This document shows, piece after piece, positions 1-10,235 of a stretch of 64,000 nucleotides of DNA. The first letter of the stretch is position 1, and every line of letters starts with the position of its first letter. This stretch comes from an uncultured bacterium (GTDB taxonomy: Bacteria; Verrucomicrobiota; Verrucomicrobiia; Limisphaerales; UBA8199). The stretch spans positions 544,001 through 608,000 of the forward strand of contig CAVVMW010000021.1 in the NCBI GenBank assembly GCA_963749495.1. Reading direction: 5' to 3'. The notes beneath the pieces were generated by a model. That model saw nothing but the letters and a program-made list of their open reading frames with translations. It was not told where the DNA came from and made no database searches. Both the position numbers and the translations under genes were made by a program.

Positions 1-122
1 ACCAACAGACGCTCCGGTGTGTCAGCATTCCAGGCGTCGAGTTCCCGGTGCGGGAGATTTTGCCCGGCCAACGTTAGAGGACTGACTGCTTTGACGATGT
101 TAAATCTCCTCGGTGGCAGCGG

Positions 123-1724
123 ATGAAAGCAACCGATCGTTTCCTTCTCGTAGCAAGCGGGGCGTTTCTCTGCGGGGTGTTGGCGCTGCCGGGAGTCGCC
201 CAGCCAGGCGCGGCGACACCAGACCTATGGGAGCTGGCCAAGGATCGGGGGCAGGTCCACCGGTTTTCCACCTTGTTCTGCGCGCAGGACGTGCGCGACT
301 ACCTCTCGGGCGAAGAGGGTCTGCGCAACGCCATCCAGTGGTGCAGGCGGACCGGGGTGACCAAGGTCTATATCGAGAGCTTCCGCGATGGCTACCGGGC
401 GAGCCAGGCAGCGCTCCAGAACGCCAAGCAGCGCTTCCAATCCGAGGGGTTTGAGGTCTCCGGCTGCGTCACGACCACGCAGGTCGGCAAGCCGTCCACA
501 GGCTGGGGTGGCGTCACGTCATGCTACACCGACCCGGCCACGCAGACGAACGCGCAGGCCATCTTCGAGTACGCCGCGGGCCTGTTCGACGAGATCATGA
601 TCGATGATTTTTGGTTTGCCGCTTGCACCTGCCCGGAGTGCGAGCGGGCGCGCCAGGCCAAAACGGTGAACATCGGCGGGCGCTCCTACCCGGTGAGCGG
701 CGACCGGCCGGAGGACTATCGTTGCGAGCTCATGGTGCGCATGTCCCGCGATTGCGTCCTCGGTCCGGCCAAACGGGTCAATCCCAAGGCCCGTCTCATC
801 ATCAAATACCCGCAGTGGTACGACACCTTCCACGAACGCGGTTATGAGGTGGTGCGCGAGACGGCCGATTTCGACCGGATCTGGGTTGGCACCGAGACGC
901 GGGACTACAACGACCGGCGCTGGGGCGGGACCGTGCAATACGAGGGCTATTTCATCATGCGCTGGCTGGGCGGCATCGGCGGCGCCAAGTGCGGCGGCGG
1001 CTGGTTCGATTCGCTCGGCACCACCGAGCACACCTACGTCGAGCAGGCCCGCCAGACCGTCCTGGGCGGCGCGGCCGAGTCGATGCTCTTCTCGTATGGC
1101 TCACTGAAACGCGGCCCGGGCCCCAATGACATCCTGGCCCTGCGCACCAACGTGCCGGAGCTGCTTGCCGTCGCCGAGCAAGTCCGCAAACGCCCGATCA
1201 TTGGCGTGGCCGCTTACAAACCCCCCAACAGCCATCCGCAAGATGAACCTCGGGTCTTCGATTTCGCCGGCATGTTGGGCCTGCCGCTGGTCCCCTGCCA
1301 CGAGTTTCCGGCCAATGCCCCTGCTGCCTTCTTCTCGATCCATGCGCTCAAGGATGGGCAGTTTGCCGGCAAATTGGACGCCTTCATCAAGACCGGCAAA
1401 CCGGTCCTGCTCACCGACGGCCTTGCCAAGGTGCTGGCCTCTCAAGGCCGGCCGGGGCTCGACGCGCCCAACGTTCGCATTCTCCAGGTCAAGCAGGACC
1501 CCAAGTCGCTGCTCCAACTTGGCCGGAAGGAATTGGACGAACTGCGCGCCCCGTTGCTGCGCCCGCTCAAGGTCACCTTCCGCGCCCCAAACAGGGTCGG
1601 GCTCTATTTATTCGAGGACGGGAGCTGGGTGGTCGAGAATTTCACCGACGAGGATGTTGGAGTGGAGTTGAATGGCAAGGCGCTCACGGTCGCGGCGCGG
1701 GGGTGGAGCTATCGGTGGAACTAG
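123..1724 (+). CDS. Secreted hypothetical protein, possibly a glycoside-hydrolase-like TIM barrel
   Basis: 533-aa ORF with a signal peptide and GC3-rich codons; DEIMIDDFWF motif followed by CxCxxC. Confidence 0.6.
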   Translation: MKATDRFLLVASGAFLCGVLALPGVAQPGAATPDLWELAKDRGQVHRFSTLFCAQDVRDYLSGEEGLRNAIQWCRRTGVTKVYIESFRDGYRASQAALQNAKQRFQSEGFEVSGCVTTTQVGKPSTGWGGVTSCYTDPATQTNAQAIFEYAAGLFDEIMIDDFWFAACTCPECERARQAKTVNIGGRSYPVSGDRPEDYRCELMVRMSRDCVLGPAKRVNPKARLIIKYPQWYDTFHERGYEVVRETADFDRIWVGTETRDYNDRRWGGTVQYEGYFIMRWLGGIGGAKCGGGWFDSLGTTEHTYVEQARQTVLGGAAESMLFSYGSLKRGPGPNDILALRTNVPELLAVAEQVRKRPIIGVAAYKPPNSHPQDEPRVFDFAGMLGLPLVPCHEFPANAPAAFFSIHALKDGQFAGKLDAFIKTGKPVLLTDGLAKVLASQGRPGLDAPNVRILQVKQDPKSLLQLGRKELDELRAPLLRPLKVTFRAPNRVGLYLFEDGSWVVENFTDEDVGVELNGKALTVAARGWSYRWN

Positions 1725-1770
1725 GAAGCTTTTTCTTTCCTGGCATTGTTCACGGCGCTAATATGCGCGA

Positions 1771-3558
1771 ATGCTTCTTTCATTCAAGACCGTTTGCAGA
1801 ATCTCCGGCGCCCGGGCGGCGCTTCTCACGCTCGTCCTCGCAACCGGGCTCCAGACCCAGGCGGCCCTCAGGCTGGCCGACCAGGGCCAAGGCAACTACC
1901 TCATTGTCATTCCCGCCGCGGCCATCCCCTCCGAACGCTACGCCGCCGAAGAGTTGCAGCGTTACGTCGAGAAGATCAGCGGCGCCAAACTGCCCATCCT
2001 CACCGACGCCGCGCCTGAGACGGACCAGGAGATCGTGCTCGGCGACAATCCCAGGCTAGAGCAACTGCAACCCGCCCTGGATCTCAAAAAACTGGGCCCG
2101 GACGGCTTTGTGCTGCGCACCGACGGCCAGCGCCTCATCATCGCGGGCGGCAAACCCCGCGGCACGCTCTATGGGGTCTATGCGTTGCTCGAGGAAAAGC
2201 TGGGCGTCCGCTGGCTCACTCCGGATTGCGAAATCATGCCCCGGACCAACGGGCTGGAGTTAGCTCCCTGCAACGAAACCCAGGTCCCTTCGCTTGAATA
2301 CCGCGAGGTCTTTTGGAGCGAGATGCTCCACGACGCCGATTTTGCGGCGCGCCACCGGCTCAACGGCAACCATTATGGGTTGACCGACAAACACGGCGGC
2401 AAGTTCGCCGTCTATTTCCCATTCGTCCACAGCCTTGACCTGCTGGTCCCGCCGGACCTTTTCAAAGAGCATCCCGAGTACTTCCCGCTGATCAATGGCC
2501 GGCGCAAGAGCGGCTACGTCCAACGGTGTCTCTCGAACCCCGAGGTGCTCACGCTCGCCAAGGCCCGCGTGCGCCAATGGATCAAAGAGCACCCCGAGGC
2601 CACCATCATCAGCGTCTCGCAGAACGACACCGCCAATTGGTGCCGGTGCGAGGCCTGCAAGGCCCTCGACGACCCGGAAGGCAGCCCCGCCGCCTCGCTC
2701 CTGCGGTTCGTCAATGCCATCGCCCAGGACATCGAGGCCGACTTCCCCAACGTGCGCATCGACACCCTGGCCTACCAATACACCCGCAAACCGCCCAAGA
2801 CCCTCCGTCCCCGCCACAACGTCATCATCCGCCTCTGCTCCATCGAGTGCTGCTTCGCGCATCCGCTGGAAACCTGCCCTGCCGATGAAAACCGGCGGTT
2901 CCGCGACGACATCATCGCCTGGCAACCGGTCGCCCCTCTGCTCTATGTCTGGGATTACACGCCCAACTTCGCCAATTACCAGCAGCCGTTCCCGAACTTC
3001 GACGCCCTCCAGCCCAACGTCCGCTTCTTCGTGCATCACGGCGTTAAGGGCTTGTTCGAGCAGGGCAACTATTCGCCCGGCGGCGCCGGGGAAATGGAGC
3101 CGCTGCGGGCTTATCTGCTGGCCAAGCTGCTCTGGAACCCGGAGGCCGATGTGCAAAAACTCACCGACGAGTTTCTCGGGGCCTACTACGGCAACGCGGC
3201 GCCCAGCCTGCGCGCCTATCTCGACCTGCTCGAGGGCCAGGTTCGCGATGGCAAGGCCCACGCCCACATCTTTGACGGCCCCAAGGCCGCCTATCTGGGC
3301 GCAGGGTTCCTCGAGGCCGCCGCCAAGGTCCTCGATGAGGCCGAACAGAAGGCGGACAACGACACGGTGCGCGCTCGAGTGGAGGCCGCGCGGCTGCCTG
3401 TCTGGTACGTTCAACTGGCGGCCGGCCACGTCCAGGGCGAGGCCCGCGCCGCCCTCCTCAAACGGTTCCTCGACACTGCCCGCAAGGCCCGCGTCAGCCA
3501 CATCAGCGAGGGCCAGGCCCTGGAGGATTGGGCCGGGCAGCAGGAGGCCAAGAAGTGA
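1771..3558 (+). CDS. DUF4838-type protein with an alpha-glucuronidase/GH20-like N-terminal domain
   Basis: Motifs AAEELQRYVEKISGA, IIAGGKPRGTLYGVY, HPEYFPLINGRR and YLLAKLLWNP; signal peptide. Confidence 0.8.
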   Translation: MLLSFKTVCRISGARAALLTLVLATGLQTQAALRLADQGQGNYLIVIPAAAIPSERYAAEELQRYVEKISGAKLPILTDAAPETDQEIVLGDNPRLEQLQPALDLKKLGPDGFVLRTDGQRLIIAGGKPRGTLYGVYALLEEKLGVRWLTPDCEIMPRTNGLELAPCNETQVPSLEYREVFWSEMLHDADFAARHRLNGNHYGLTDKHGGKFAVYFPFVHSLDLLVPPDLFKEHPEYFPLINGRRKSGYVQRCLSNPEVLTLAKARVRQWIKEHPEATIISVSQNDTANWCRCEACKALDDPEGSPAASLLRFVNAIAQDIEADFPNVRIDTLAYQYTRKPPKTLRPRHNVIIRLCSIECCFAHPLETCPADENRRFRDDIIAWQPVAPLLYVWDYTPNFANYQQPFPNFDALQPNVRFFVHHGVKGLFEQGNYSPGGAGEMEPLRAYLLAKLLWNPEADVQKLTDEFLGAYYGNAAPSLRAYLDLLEGQVRDGKAHAHIFDGPKAAYLGAGFLEAAAKVLDEAEQKADNDTVRARVEAARLPVWYVQLAAGHVQGEARAALLKRFLDTARKARVSHISEGQALEDWAGQQEAKK

Positions 3559-3697
3559 GAGTTAAGAATTGAAAATTGACAATTGAGGATTTGTCATTGG
3601 TCATTGAATGCCGGGAGGGCACAAGTCAGTCGTTTGACGGGTGTTGAAGTTGGGTCGCGGGTTGCCCCCGCGCGGGAACCGCCGCGAAGCCCGCGAG

Positions 3698-3778
3698 GTT
3701 TTGGACTGCGCCAGTCCTCTGGCGCTTTCGCACAGCCAGGGGCCGAAAAAGCGCCAGAGGACTGGTGCTGTCCAAAAC
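3698..3778. repeat. REPIN-like inverted repeat, family E (other copies at 8106-8132, 14005-14084, 30336-30416)
   Basis: gttttggactgcgccagtcctctggcgcttt ... aaagcgccagaggactggtgctgtccaaaac. Confidence 0.85.
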
Positions 3779-3875
3779 GCTTCAACACGCCACTCTGTGC
3801 GCCAAGATATTAGAGCGGCTGGCAAAATTAACCTGGTAGCTCCGATCCCAGAGGGCGCATCCGACAGTACCAGCC

Positions 3876-4037
3876 GGAGCGCGGACTTTAATCCGCTTAG
3901 ACCGCCCACGCACCACCCCACGCTTGATCTGGCTGAGGTGTTCAAAGTTCAAAGAAGCGGAAGGAGGACCGGCCTCGGCAAAGAACCGCGCCAGCCCGGC
4001 CGTCGGGCGCCACAAGCGGACTGAAGTCCGCGCTCCA
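3876..4037. repeat. REPIN-like inverted repeat pair
   Basis: ggagcgcggactttaatccgctt ... aagcggactgaagtccgcgctcc. Confidence 0.75.
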
Positions 4038-4314
4038 ATCCTCAGGCGTTCGGGCGTGGTGGTACTAACAAGCTGCGCCCCATCCCATCCCTTCCTCCCA
4101 ATTTCGCTTGCCAATTCCCGCGGAGCGATTGAGAATCCCGGCTTGTGGACCGTTTGGCTCGAATCCTGTTCCCGGGCAATCCGCGCATGGTGCGCTACCG
4201 AAAGATGCGCCTGCTCGTCTTTGCGATCTTCATGAGCCTCTTCGCCGCCGCGCTGGTCGGGGTCCTGTTCTACTTCGCCAACCGGCTCGGCCCATAGACC
4301 TGGGGAGCGGGGGA

Positions 4315-4408
4315 CCTTTGTCGGAGCCTTTGTCGCAGCCTTTGTCGAGACCTTTGTCGGATTGGCCATTTCTCGACAAAGGCCGCGACAAAGGCTGCGA
4401 CAAAGGTC
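4315..4408. repeat. Inverted array of 12-bp tandem units downstream of the epimerase gene
   Basis: (cctttgtcgNNN)x4 followed by (cgacaaaggNNN)x3. Confidence 0.8.
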
Positions 4409-4472
4409 TGGAATCAGGGCCTTTGAGACAGGCTGCACTTATGAACCGCGGTCCAAGCCCCGTGCGCCCGCG

Positions 4473-5504
4473 CTACGCCCCCATGCCGTCCTCGAACGAG
4501 CCTGCGGCCATCGGGAAACAGAGGTTGTCGCGAACGAACTGGATGCCGTTGGCGCTGGTGGCGTCGAGGTCGCGGTAGGCGCTCTCCGCCTCGACCACCA
4601 AGGGAGCGGTCTTGGCGCCCATGACCTGGCAGTAGCGTTGGGGATAGCCGGTGTGGATGAGCAGCTCGGCGTAGCGAACCATGTTCAGGTCACCCGAGGG
4701 GATGTCCACGAACTGCATCGCGCGCTTCTGCCAGCCCGGCTCCATCATTCGCAGGGGCAGGCCGGGGCGGACGACGTGGTTCTTCACGTGACAGGCATAG
4801 ATGCGCGGAGCGACCTTGAGGAAGCGCGTCTCGAAAGTCTCGCCTTCCCAGCAATGCGATGGGTCGGCATTGACGGCCAGGCACTTGTCGCCGTCGCAAA
4901 TCCGCACCAGCATGTTGAAATCGTCCGCGCACATGGCGGCGGTGCCGGGGTGGATCTCGTGGCAGAGATAGATGCCCAGTTTGTTGGCGTGGGCGCGGAG
5001 CTTGGCCGTCTTGTTGACGAACCGCTCCTGGCCCGCTTTAATCAGGTCGTAGTCGCCGCCCGCCCAAAAGCCCCACGGATAGCCGGTGGCCAGTTCCCAG
5101 CCAAAGGCCACGCCCCAGAACATGGGCACGATCTTCACCCCGAGCTCGGCGCATAGGTCCAGCAGGCGCAACGTGTAGTCCTCGGCCCAGGTCTCGATCT
5201 CCTGGACCGATTTCCTGGCCACGTCTGCCGGGATGAACGGCCGGACCGTCGGGCTGCCCGTCCAGGCCGTCGTCTGCACCCAGATCGGGCAATGGGCCGA
5301 CACGCCGTCCAGGCTCAGTTTGGCCTTGGCGAAGGCCTCCTTGATCTCCTTGGCCTTCTTGAGCCCCTTATCGCCCTGGAGCATGAAGTTGGACGGTTGC
5401 GCCCCGGTGGCGCCGCTCTTCCGGGCGTAGTCGAGGAATTGTGCAAGCGATTTGGCGCCGTGCTGCGCCCCTTCGATGCTGGCATGGAAACAATTGTCGG
5501 CCAT
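4473..5504 (-). CDS. Sugar phosphate isomerase/epimerase (xylose-isomerase-like TIM barrel)
   Basis: Metal-ligand motifs HEIHP, DPSH, HVKN and VEAE; start placed at MADNCF. Confidence 0.85.
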   Translation of the reverse strand: MADNCFHASIEGAQHGAKSLAQFLDYARKSGATGAQPSNFMLQGDKGLKKAKEIKEAFAKAKLSLDGVSAHCPIWVQTTAWTGSPTVRPFIPADVARKSVQEIETWAEDYTLRLLDLCAELGVKIVPMFWGVAFGWELATGYPWGFWAGGDYDLIKAGQERFVNKTAKLRAHANKLGIYLCHEIHPGTAAMCADDFNMLVRICDGDKCLAVNADPSHCWEGETFETRFLKVAPRIYACHVKNHVVRPGLPLRMMEPGWQKRAMQFVDIPSGDLNMVRYAELLIHTGYPQRYCQVMGAKTAPLVVEAESAYRDLDATSANGIQFVRDNLCFPMAAGSFEDGMGA

Positions 5505-5631
5505 AAGTCTTTCTCGGGTGTTGGAGGTTAATTTGTTTGTCGTCCGGCGAGAGCAATAACGGCGATCCGGACCCAAAGCAATCACTTTTTTTTAATGATT
5601 ATGCCGCTGGGCGTATCCCGACACCGTCGCC

Positions 5632-5742
5632 GGAGTGCGCCCGTCCTCGGGCGCAGCGACGTCCCCAGCCAGGGCCGCGCTCAAGTGCTCCGGTGCGCCA
5701 GCCCGCTTCGTCGCTGCTGCGCCCGGGGACGGGCGCACTCCG
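5632..5742. repeat. REPIN-like inverted repeat
   Basis: ggagtgcgcccgtcctcgggcgcagc ... gctgcgcccggggacgggcgcactcc. Confidence 0.8.
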
Positions 5743-5795
5743 GGGGATGCCGGAAAGGGTTTTGCACAACCGGCGTTCCCTGCTACCTTTGAGGG

Positions 5796-6701
5796 ATGTT
5801 CAAGCCAGACCAGAATGTTTTGGCTGACTCGCGCCGCCCGCCGTCGAGGCAGCCGGTTGGCGGCAGCCGGGCCGGCTTGGACCACGCGGCAGCCGCCCCG
5901 CGCGGGGCTGCCAGGCTGCACGACAAACAGAGCGAACCGGACCACCGCGACTTGCGGATCGATAAGGTGGGGGTGCGGGGCCTGCGTTTCCCCATCCAGG
6001 TCCGCGACAAGGCCCGTTCCGTCCAGAACACCGTCGCCACCATCGGCATGTTCGTCGAGCTGCCCAAGGAATTCAAGGGCACCCACATGAGCCGGTTCGT
6101 CGAGGTCCTCAATGCCCACGGCAACGTGGTGCACGTGGAGAACCTCACGGAGATCCTTCACGCCATGCAGGCGAAGTTCCATGCCGGCACCTCGCACCTG
6201 GAAATCGAGTTTCCCTATTTCATGGTCAAACGCGCCCCGGTCTCCGGCCTGGAAAGCGTGATGGACTATACGGCGCGGTTCGATGCGACCGCGCGGGGCA
6301 AGGAGATTGACTTCGTGCTCACGGTCAAGGCCATGGTGACGACCCTCTGCCCCTGCTCCAAGGCCATCGCCGCCTACGGCGCCCACAACCAGCGCGGCGA
6401 GGTGACCGTCCAAATCCGCTCGCGCAAGGCGGTCTGGATCGAGGACCTCATCGGCATCATCGAGTCCTCGGCCAGTTCCGACCTCTACGCCCTGCTCAAA
6501 CGCCAGGACGAAAAGGCGGTCACCGAGCGCGCCTACGACAACCCCGTCTTCGTCGAGGACCTCGTCCGCAATGTGGCCCTCAAGCTCAAGGCCCACCCGG
6601 ATGTCACCTGGTTCAAGGTCGAGGCCGAAAACCATGAGAGCATCCACAACCACAACGCCTATGCCTGTATCGAGAAGGGATCGGACGGCCCTGCCGCATA
6701 A
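5796..6701 (+). CDS. folE2: GTP cyclohydrolase IB (FolE2)
   Basis: Motifs IDKVGV, KGTHMSRF, TTLCPCSK, GAHNQR, NPVFVED and ESIHNHNAYA. Confidence 0.95.
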   Translation: MFKPDQNVLADSRRPPSRQPVGGSRAGLDHAAAAPRGAARLHDKQSEPDHRDLRIDKVGVRGLRFPIQVRDKARSVQNTVATIGMFVELPKEFKGTHMSRFVEVLNAHGNVVHVENLTEILHAMQAKFHAGTSHLEIEFPYFMVKRAPVSGLESVMDYTARFDATARGKEIDFVLTVKAMVTTLCPCSKAIAAYGAHNQRGEVTVQIRSRKAVWIEDLIGIIESSASSDLYALLKRQDEKAVTERAYDNPVFVEDLVRNVALKLKAHPDVTWFKVEAENHESIHNHNAYACIEKGSDGPAA

Positions 6702-6745
6702 ATGCGGCGTTCCGAATCCGAGGAACGCCGCATTTATGCGGCAGG
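6690..6745. repeat. Perfect inverted repeat (REP doublet or terminator) overlapping the folE2 stop
   Basis: cctgccgcataaatgcggcgttcc-N8-ggaacgccgcatttatgcggcagg. Confidence 0.8.
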
Positions 6746-6912
6746 AGCGCCGGGGCAAATCCGTCGTGCGCCCGAGGGGATCAGATTTTTGAAGATTCTA
6801 GTGGAAAATTTATTTCGCTTTGGTACATTCGCCCACTCTCGAAGGGGACGCCAGGCGTCCTGGCGAGACAGTGAACAGACATCAAGTCCGGCAAGTTGAA
6901 GCAGTTTACGTT

Positions 6913-7497
6913 GTGACAACGAAGAAGAAAGAAAGCGTGAAGAAGGCGGTTGCCTCCACCAAACGGCAGAGTTCGGCCACGTCGGCGGCCATCCTCGGCC
7001 GCCGCGTGGTCACCGTGAAAAAGAACGGGGACGTCAAGATCCGGAGCGAGTGGGTGAAGTTCTACAACCGGTTGCTGGAGTTGCGCGATCAACTGCTCCG
7101 GCAGATGAACGGCCTGGCCAAGGAATCCGCCCAGGAGATGGCCGGCTACAGCCTCCACATGGCCGACTCCGGCACGGACAATTTCGACCGCGACTTCGCT
7201 CTGAGTCTGCTCTCCTCGGACCAGGATGCCATTTACGAGATCGAGGAGGCCCTCAAGCGCATCGAGAAGAACACCTATGGCATCTGCGAGCTCACCGGCA
7301 AACCGATCCCCAGGACCCGCCTCGAGGCCATCCCCTGGACCCGCTTCACTGTCCAGGCCCAGGCCCAACTCGAACGCGACGGCGCCCTGCGCCAGCGCCG
7401 CCTCGGCGCCCTGGGCACCGTCGACGCCGTTGGCCTCACCGAAGTCGAAGGCGAGGAGCCGGAAGAACCCGAGGAGAAGCCCAAGGAAAAGGAGTAA
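6913..7497 (+). CDS. DksA/TraR family transcription factor with a degenerate Zn finger
   Basis: HMADSGTD coiled-coil tip; [36 protein letters not shown] start is uncertain. Confidence 0.9.
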   Translation: MTTKKKESVKKAVASTKRQSSATSAAILGRRVVTVKKNGDVKIRSEWVKFYNRLLELRDQLLRQMNGLAKESAQEMAGYSLHMADSGTDNFDRDFALSLLSSDQDAIYEIEEALKRIEKNTYGICELTGKPIPRTRLEAIPWTRFTVQAQAQLERDGALRQRRLGALGTVDAVGLTEVEGEEPEEPEEKPKEKE

Positions 7498-7508
7498 CTG
7501 ATCCATTT

Positions 7509-7676
7509 ATGCCACGGGAAATCGTCACCATCGAATGCACCGAAGCGCGCAAAGAGGGCAAATCCCCTTCGCGCTACACGACCACGCGCAACAAGAAACT
7601 CAAGACCGAGAAGCTGGAGCTCAGGAAATACAATCCGGCCCTCCGCCGTCACACCGTTCACCGCGAGGTCAAATAG
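7509..7676 (+). CDS. rpmG: 50S ribosomal protein L33
   Basis: [12 protein letters not shown]...YTTTRNKK...KLELRKYNP...HTVHREVK. Confidence 0.95.
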   Translation: MPREIVTIECTEARKEGKSPSRYTTTRNKKLKTEKLELRKYNPALRRHTVHREVK

Positions 7677-7709
7677 ACTCACACCAGGCAAAGCCATTAT
7701 CCCCATCCT

Positions 7710-7973
7710 ATGCCCCGAAAAACCCGCCCCGAAAAACCTGACCGCCGTGGCGCGCGCGGCCGCCCCTTCTCCGAGATGCGCACCCCGCGCCCCAAGCCCA
7801 AAATCGATTTCACCGTCGACGCCCTTGACTTCAAGAACACCAACCTCCTGAGGCAGTTCGTGACCGACCAGGGCCGCATCTTGCCCCGCAAATACACCGG
7901 CCTGCCCGCCCATTACCAGCGCCGCCTCAACCGCGCCATCAAGCGCGCCCGGCAGATGCTGCTAATGAAGTAA
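7710..7973 (+). CDS. rpsR: 30S ribosomal protein S18
   Basis: LDFKNTNLLRQFVTDQGRILPRKYTG...QRRLNRAIKRAR. Confidence 0.95.
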   Translation: MPRKTRPEKPDRRGARGRPFSEMRTPRPKPKIDFTVDALDFKNTNLLRQFVTDQGRILPRKYTGLPAHYQRRLNRAIKRARQMLLMK

Positions 7974-7978
7974 GCCCG

Positions 7979-8033
7979 AGTGCGGAATGCGGAATGCTCA
8001 GAGTGCGGAATGCGGAATGCGGAATGCGGAATG
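7979..8033. repeat. Heptamer tandem repeat (tgcggaa)n
   Basis: tgcggaa repeated about 6 times right after the rpsR stop. Confidence 0.9.
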
Positions 8034-8228
8034 TCCCGAGTGCGGCGGCCTAACGGACTTCCAGAGCCTCTGGCGCCCTTTCCAGGAACCGACACCAAGT
8101 CCGAAGGTTTTGGACTGGCGCAGTCCAAAACCTTGCGGGCTTCCCGACGCCATCCTCCAATTGCCCGGCGTGCGGAAGGCCGACAAAGCCGAGATGCGGC
8201 CCCGGTCCGCCGAGCCGATTTTCTGCCG

Positions 8229-8257
8229 TTTACATCGAGCCCCGCCTGTTGTATAAC
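8229..8257 (+). promoter_or_regulatory. Sigma70-like promoter; transcript probably nearly leaderless
   Basis: TTTACA-N17-TATAAC ending 9 nt before the ATG at 8267. Confidence 0.55.
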
Positions 8258-8266
8258 GCCCGGCGT

Positions 8267-9161
8267 ATGGCCAAACTCGAAATCTCCATCCTGGGTCTGC
8301 TGTTTTGCGCACTGCCGGCCCTTGGCGCAGAGAGCGCCATCATCGCCCCCGGCCAGACGCTTCAAAAGCTCTCCGGCGCCTTCGAATTCACCGAAGGACC
8401 GGCGTGCGACAGCCAGGGCAACGTCTTTTTCACCGACCAACCCAACGACCGCATCCTCAAATGGAGCACCGACGGCAAGCTGACCACGTTCATGAAACCG
8501 TGCGGGCGGTCCAACGGCCTTTCGTTTGACGCGGCCGGCAACCTCTGGGCGTGCGCGGACGAGAACAACCAGATGTGGCGCATCGATCCCGCGGGCAAGG
8601 TCACCGTCGTCGTCAAGGATTATCAGGGCAAGCTCCTCAACGGACCCAACGACGTCTCGGGTCCGCCCCGCCGGCGGGATTTATTTCACCGACCCCTACT
8701 ACCATCGTGATTACTGGAAACGCGGCCCCAAGGAGATCCCCGAGTGCGTCTATTTCCTCTCGGCCGATGAGAAGACACTGACCCGCGTCATCGATGATTT
8801 CAAGCAACCCAACGGCATCATCGGCACGCCCGACGGCAAGCTGCTCTACGTGGCCGACATCGGCGCCGGCAAGACCTACCGCTATCGCATCCAACCCGAT
8901 GGCTCGCTCACGGACAAAACACTCTTCTGTCAAAAGGGGTCGGACGGAATGACCATCGATGACCGCGGCAATGTCTATTTGACGGGCAATGGCGTTTGGG
9001 TCTTCGATCCCTCCGGCAAACAAATCGAGCACATCGAGGTCAAGGAACCCTGGACGGCCAATGTTTGCTTCGGCGGGCTGGACCGCCGGACCCTCTTCAT
9101 CACCGCCAGTCACTGCCTCTACTGCCTCCGCATGCAGGTCAAGGGCGTGGATAGCCAGTAG
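8267..9161 (+). CDS. SMP-30/gluconolactonase family protein (frameshift near 8660)
   Basis: Motifs FEFTEGP, SNGL, LNGPND, PNGI, SDGMTID and ANVCFGG, split over two frames. Confidence 0.9.
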
Positions 9162-9213
9162 CTCGGGCGCCCCCAAGGGACATTCGAGAGCAGCCCCACG
9201 AGCCAACGCCTGC

Positions 9214-9505
9214 AGCGCCAACGGCACGGCCCATACCAGCCTGGGCCAACGGCCCTGCTCGCGCGCGTTGCGGAGCGACGCAGTGAAGGTAGCCGTGGAC
9301 CTCGGTCCACGGTTTGCGGTGTGGGAACGGTCCCGCGTCGCGTAGCGACGCCTGACGGCCTCGGGGTTTTCAGGCGTCGCTACGCGACGCGGTCGAGCTT
9401 GGGCCATGGGTCCGTGGACTGGAAGTCCACGGCTACCATCGGGCACCGCTACGCGGTGAACCTGGGCAGTTGGCCCAGGCTGGTATGAGCCGCGCCGTTG
9501 GCGCT
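9214..9505. repeat. Composite REPIN: GTAG-REP element (family A) inside an outer inverted repeat (family B)
   Basis: Outer agcgccaacggc..ataccagcctgggccaac with its inverse; inner gtagccgtggacctcggtccacgg ... ccgtggactggaagtccacggctac. Confidence 0.85.
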
Positions 9506-9597
9506 TTGACAAGGAGCTCAAATGTCCGAACTCCAAATGTTCTTTCATTTTCCGTCTAAGAAATAGCGCCCTCCGGTGTCTGAGAAGGTAAGACACG

Positions 9598-10223
9598 ATG
9601 TCCTGCACAGAGCAAGACCGCCGGAGGGGCTCAGTGAGCAAGGCAAGTGGCGGGGGACCGCCGAGCATGGCCCTAATGCGACCTGACCCAGCCAGCACGG
9701 AACCGACCGGTTGTGAGACGATCGAGGAGCTGTTCGCAGCCCTGGAATCGCCGCTATTGAGTTACGCCCTGCGCCTGGTGGCGCGGGGCGGCGTGGCCGA
9801 GGACATCGTCCAGGAAGCGTTCATGAGACTTCATGCCCAGTTCGAGCAGGTGCGCGAGCCGCGACGCTGGCTCTACCGCACGGTCCATAACCTGGCGCTC
9901 AACCATTAACGCCAGGCGGACAAGCTCGTCCCGCTCGGCCTCGGTGCCCAGGACCCTCGCCGCCCCCAGTTGAGGCCGCCGACCCGCAGCCGCTGCCCGA
10001 CGAACAGATCGCCCGCTGGGAAGGCATCGGCCTGGTCCGGCTCAGTCTCGAAACCCTCGACGAACGCAGCCGCCAACTGGTCCGGCTCAAGTTCAACGAT
10101 GGCCTCTCCTACAAAGAAATGAGCGCCCGCACCGGCCTGAGTATCGGCAACGTCGGCTACATCCTGCACCACGCTCTCAAGGCCATCGCCCAGGAACTGG
10201 CCAGAAATGGCGTCATTCCATGA
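9598..10223 (+). CDS. ECF RNA polymerase sigma factor (internal stop and frameshift near 9907-9960; sequencing error or pseudogene)
   Basis: Region 2 AEDIVQEAFMRL..WLYRTVHNLALN; region 4 LDERSRQLVRLKFNDGLSYKEMSARTGLSIGNVGYILHHAL in a second frame. Confidence 0.85.
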
Positions 10224-10235
10224 AAATTATTTGAG

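Noticed and set aside
3583..4470. Protein-coding genes in this gap
   Set aside because: The ORFs mostly translate repeats. A small gene near 4125-4296 with one hydrophobic segment is possible but unsupported.
9550..9590. Autoregulatory ECF promoter
   Set aside because: A gtctga motif occurs here and at 14113, but I could not identify a matching -35 element.
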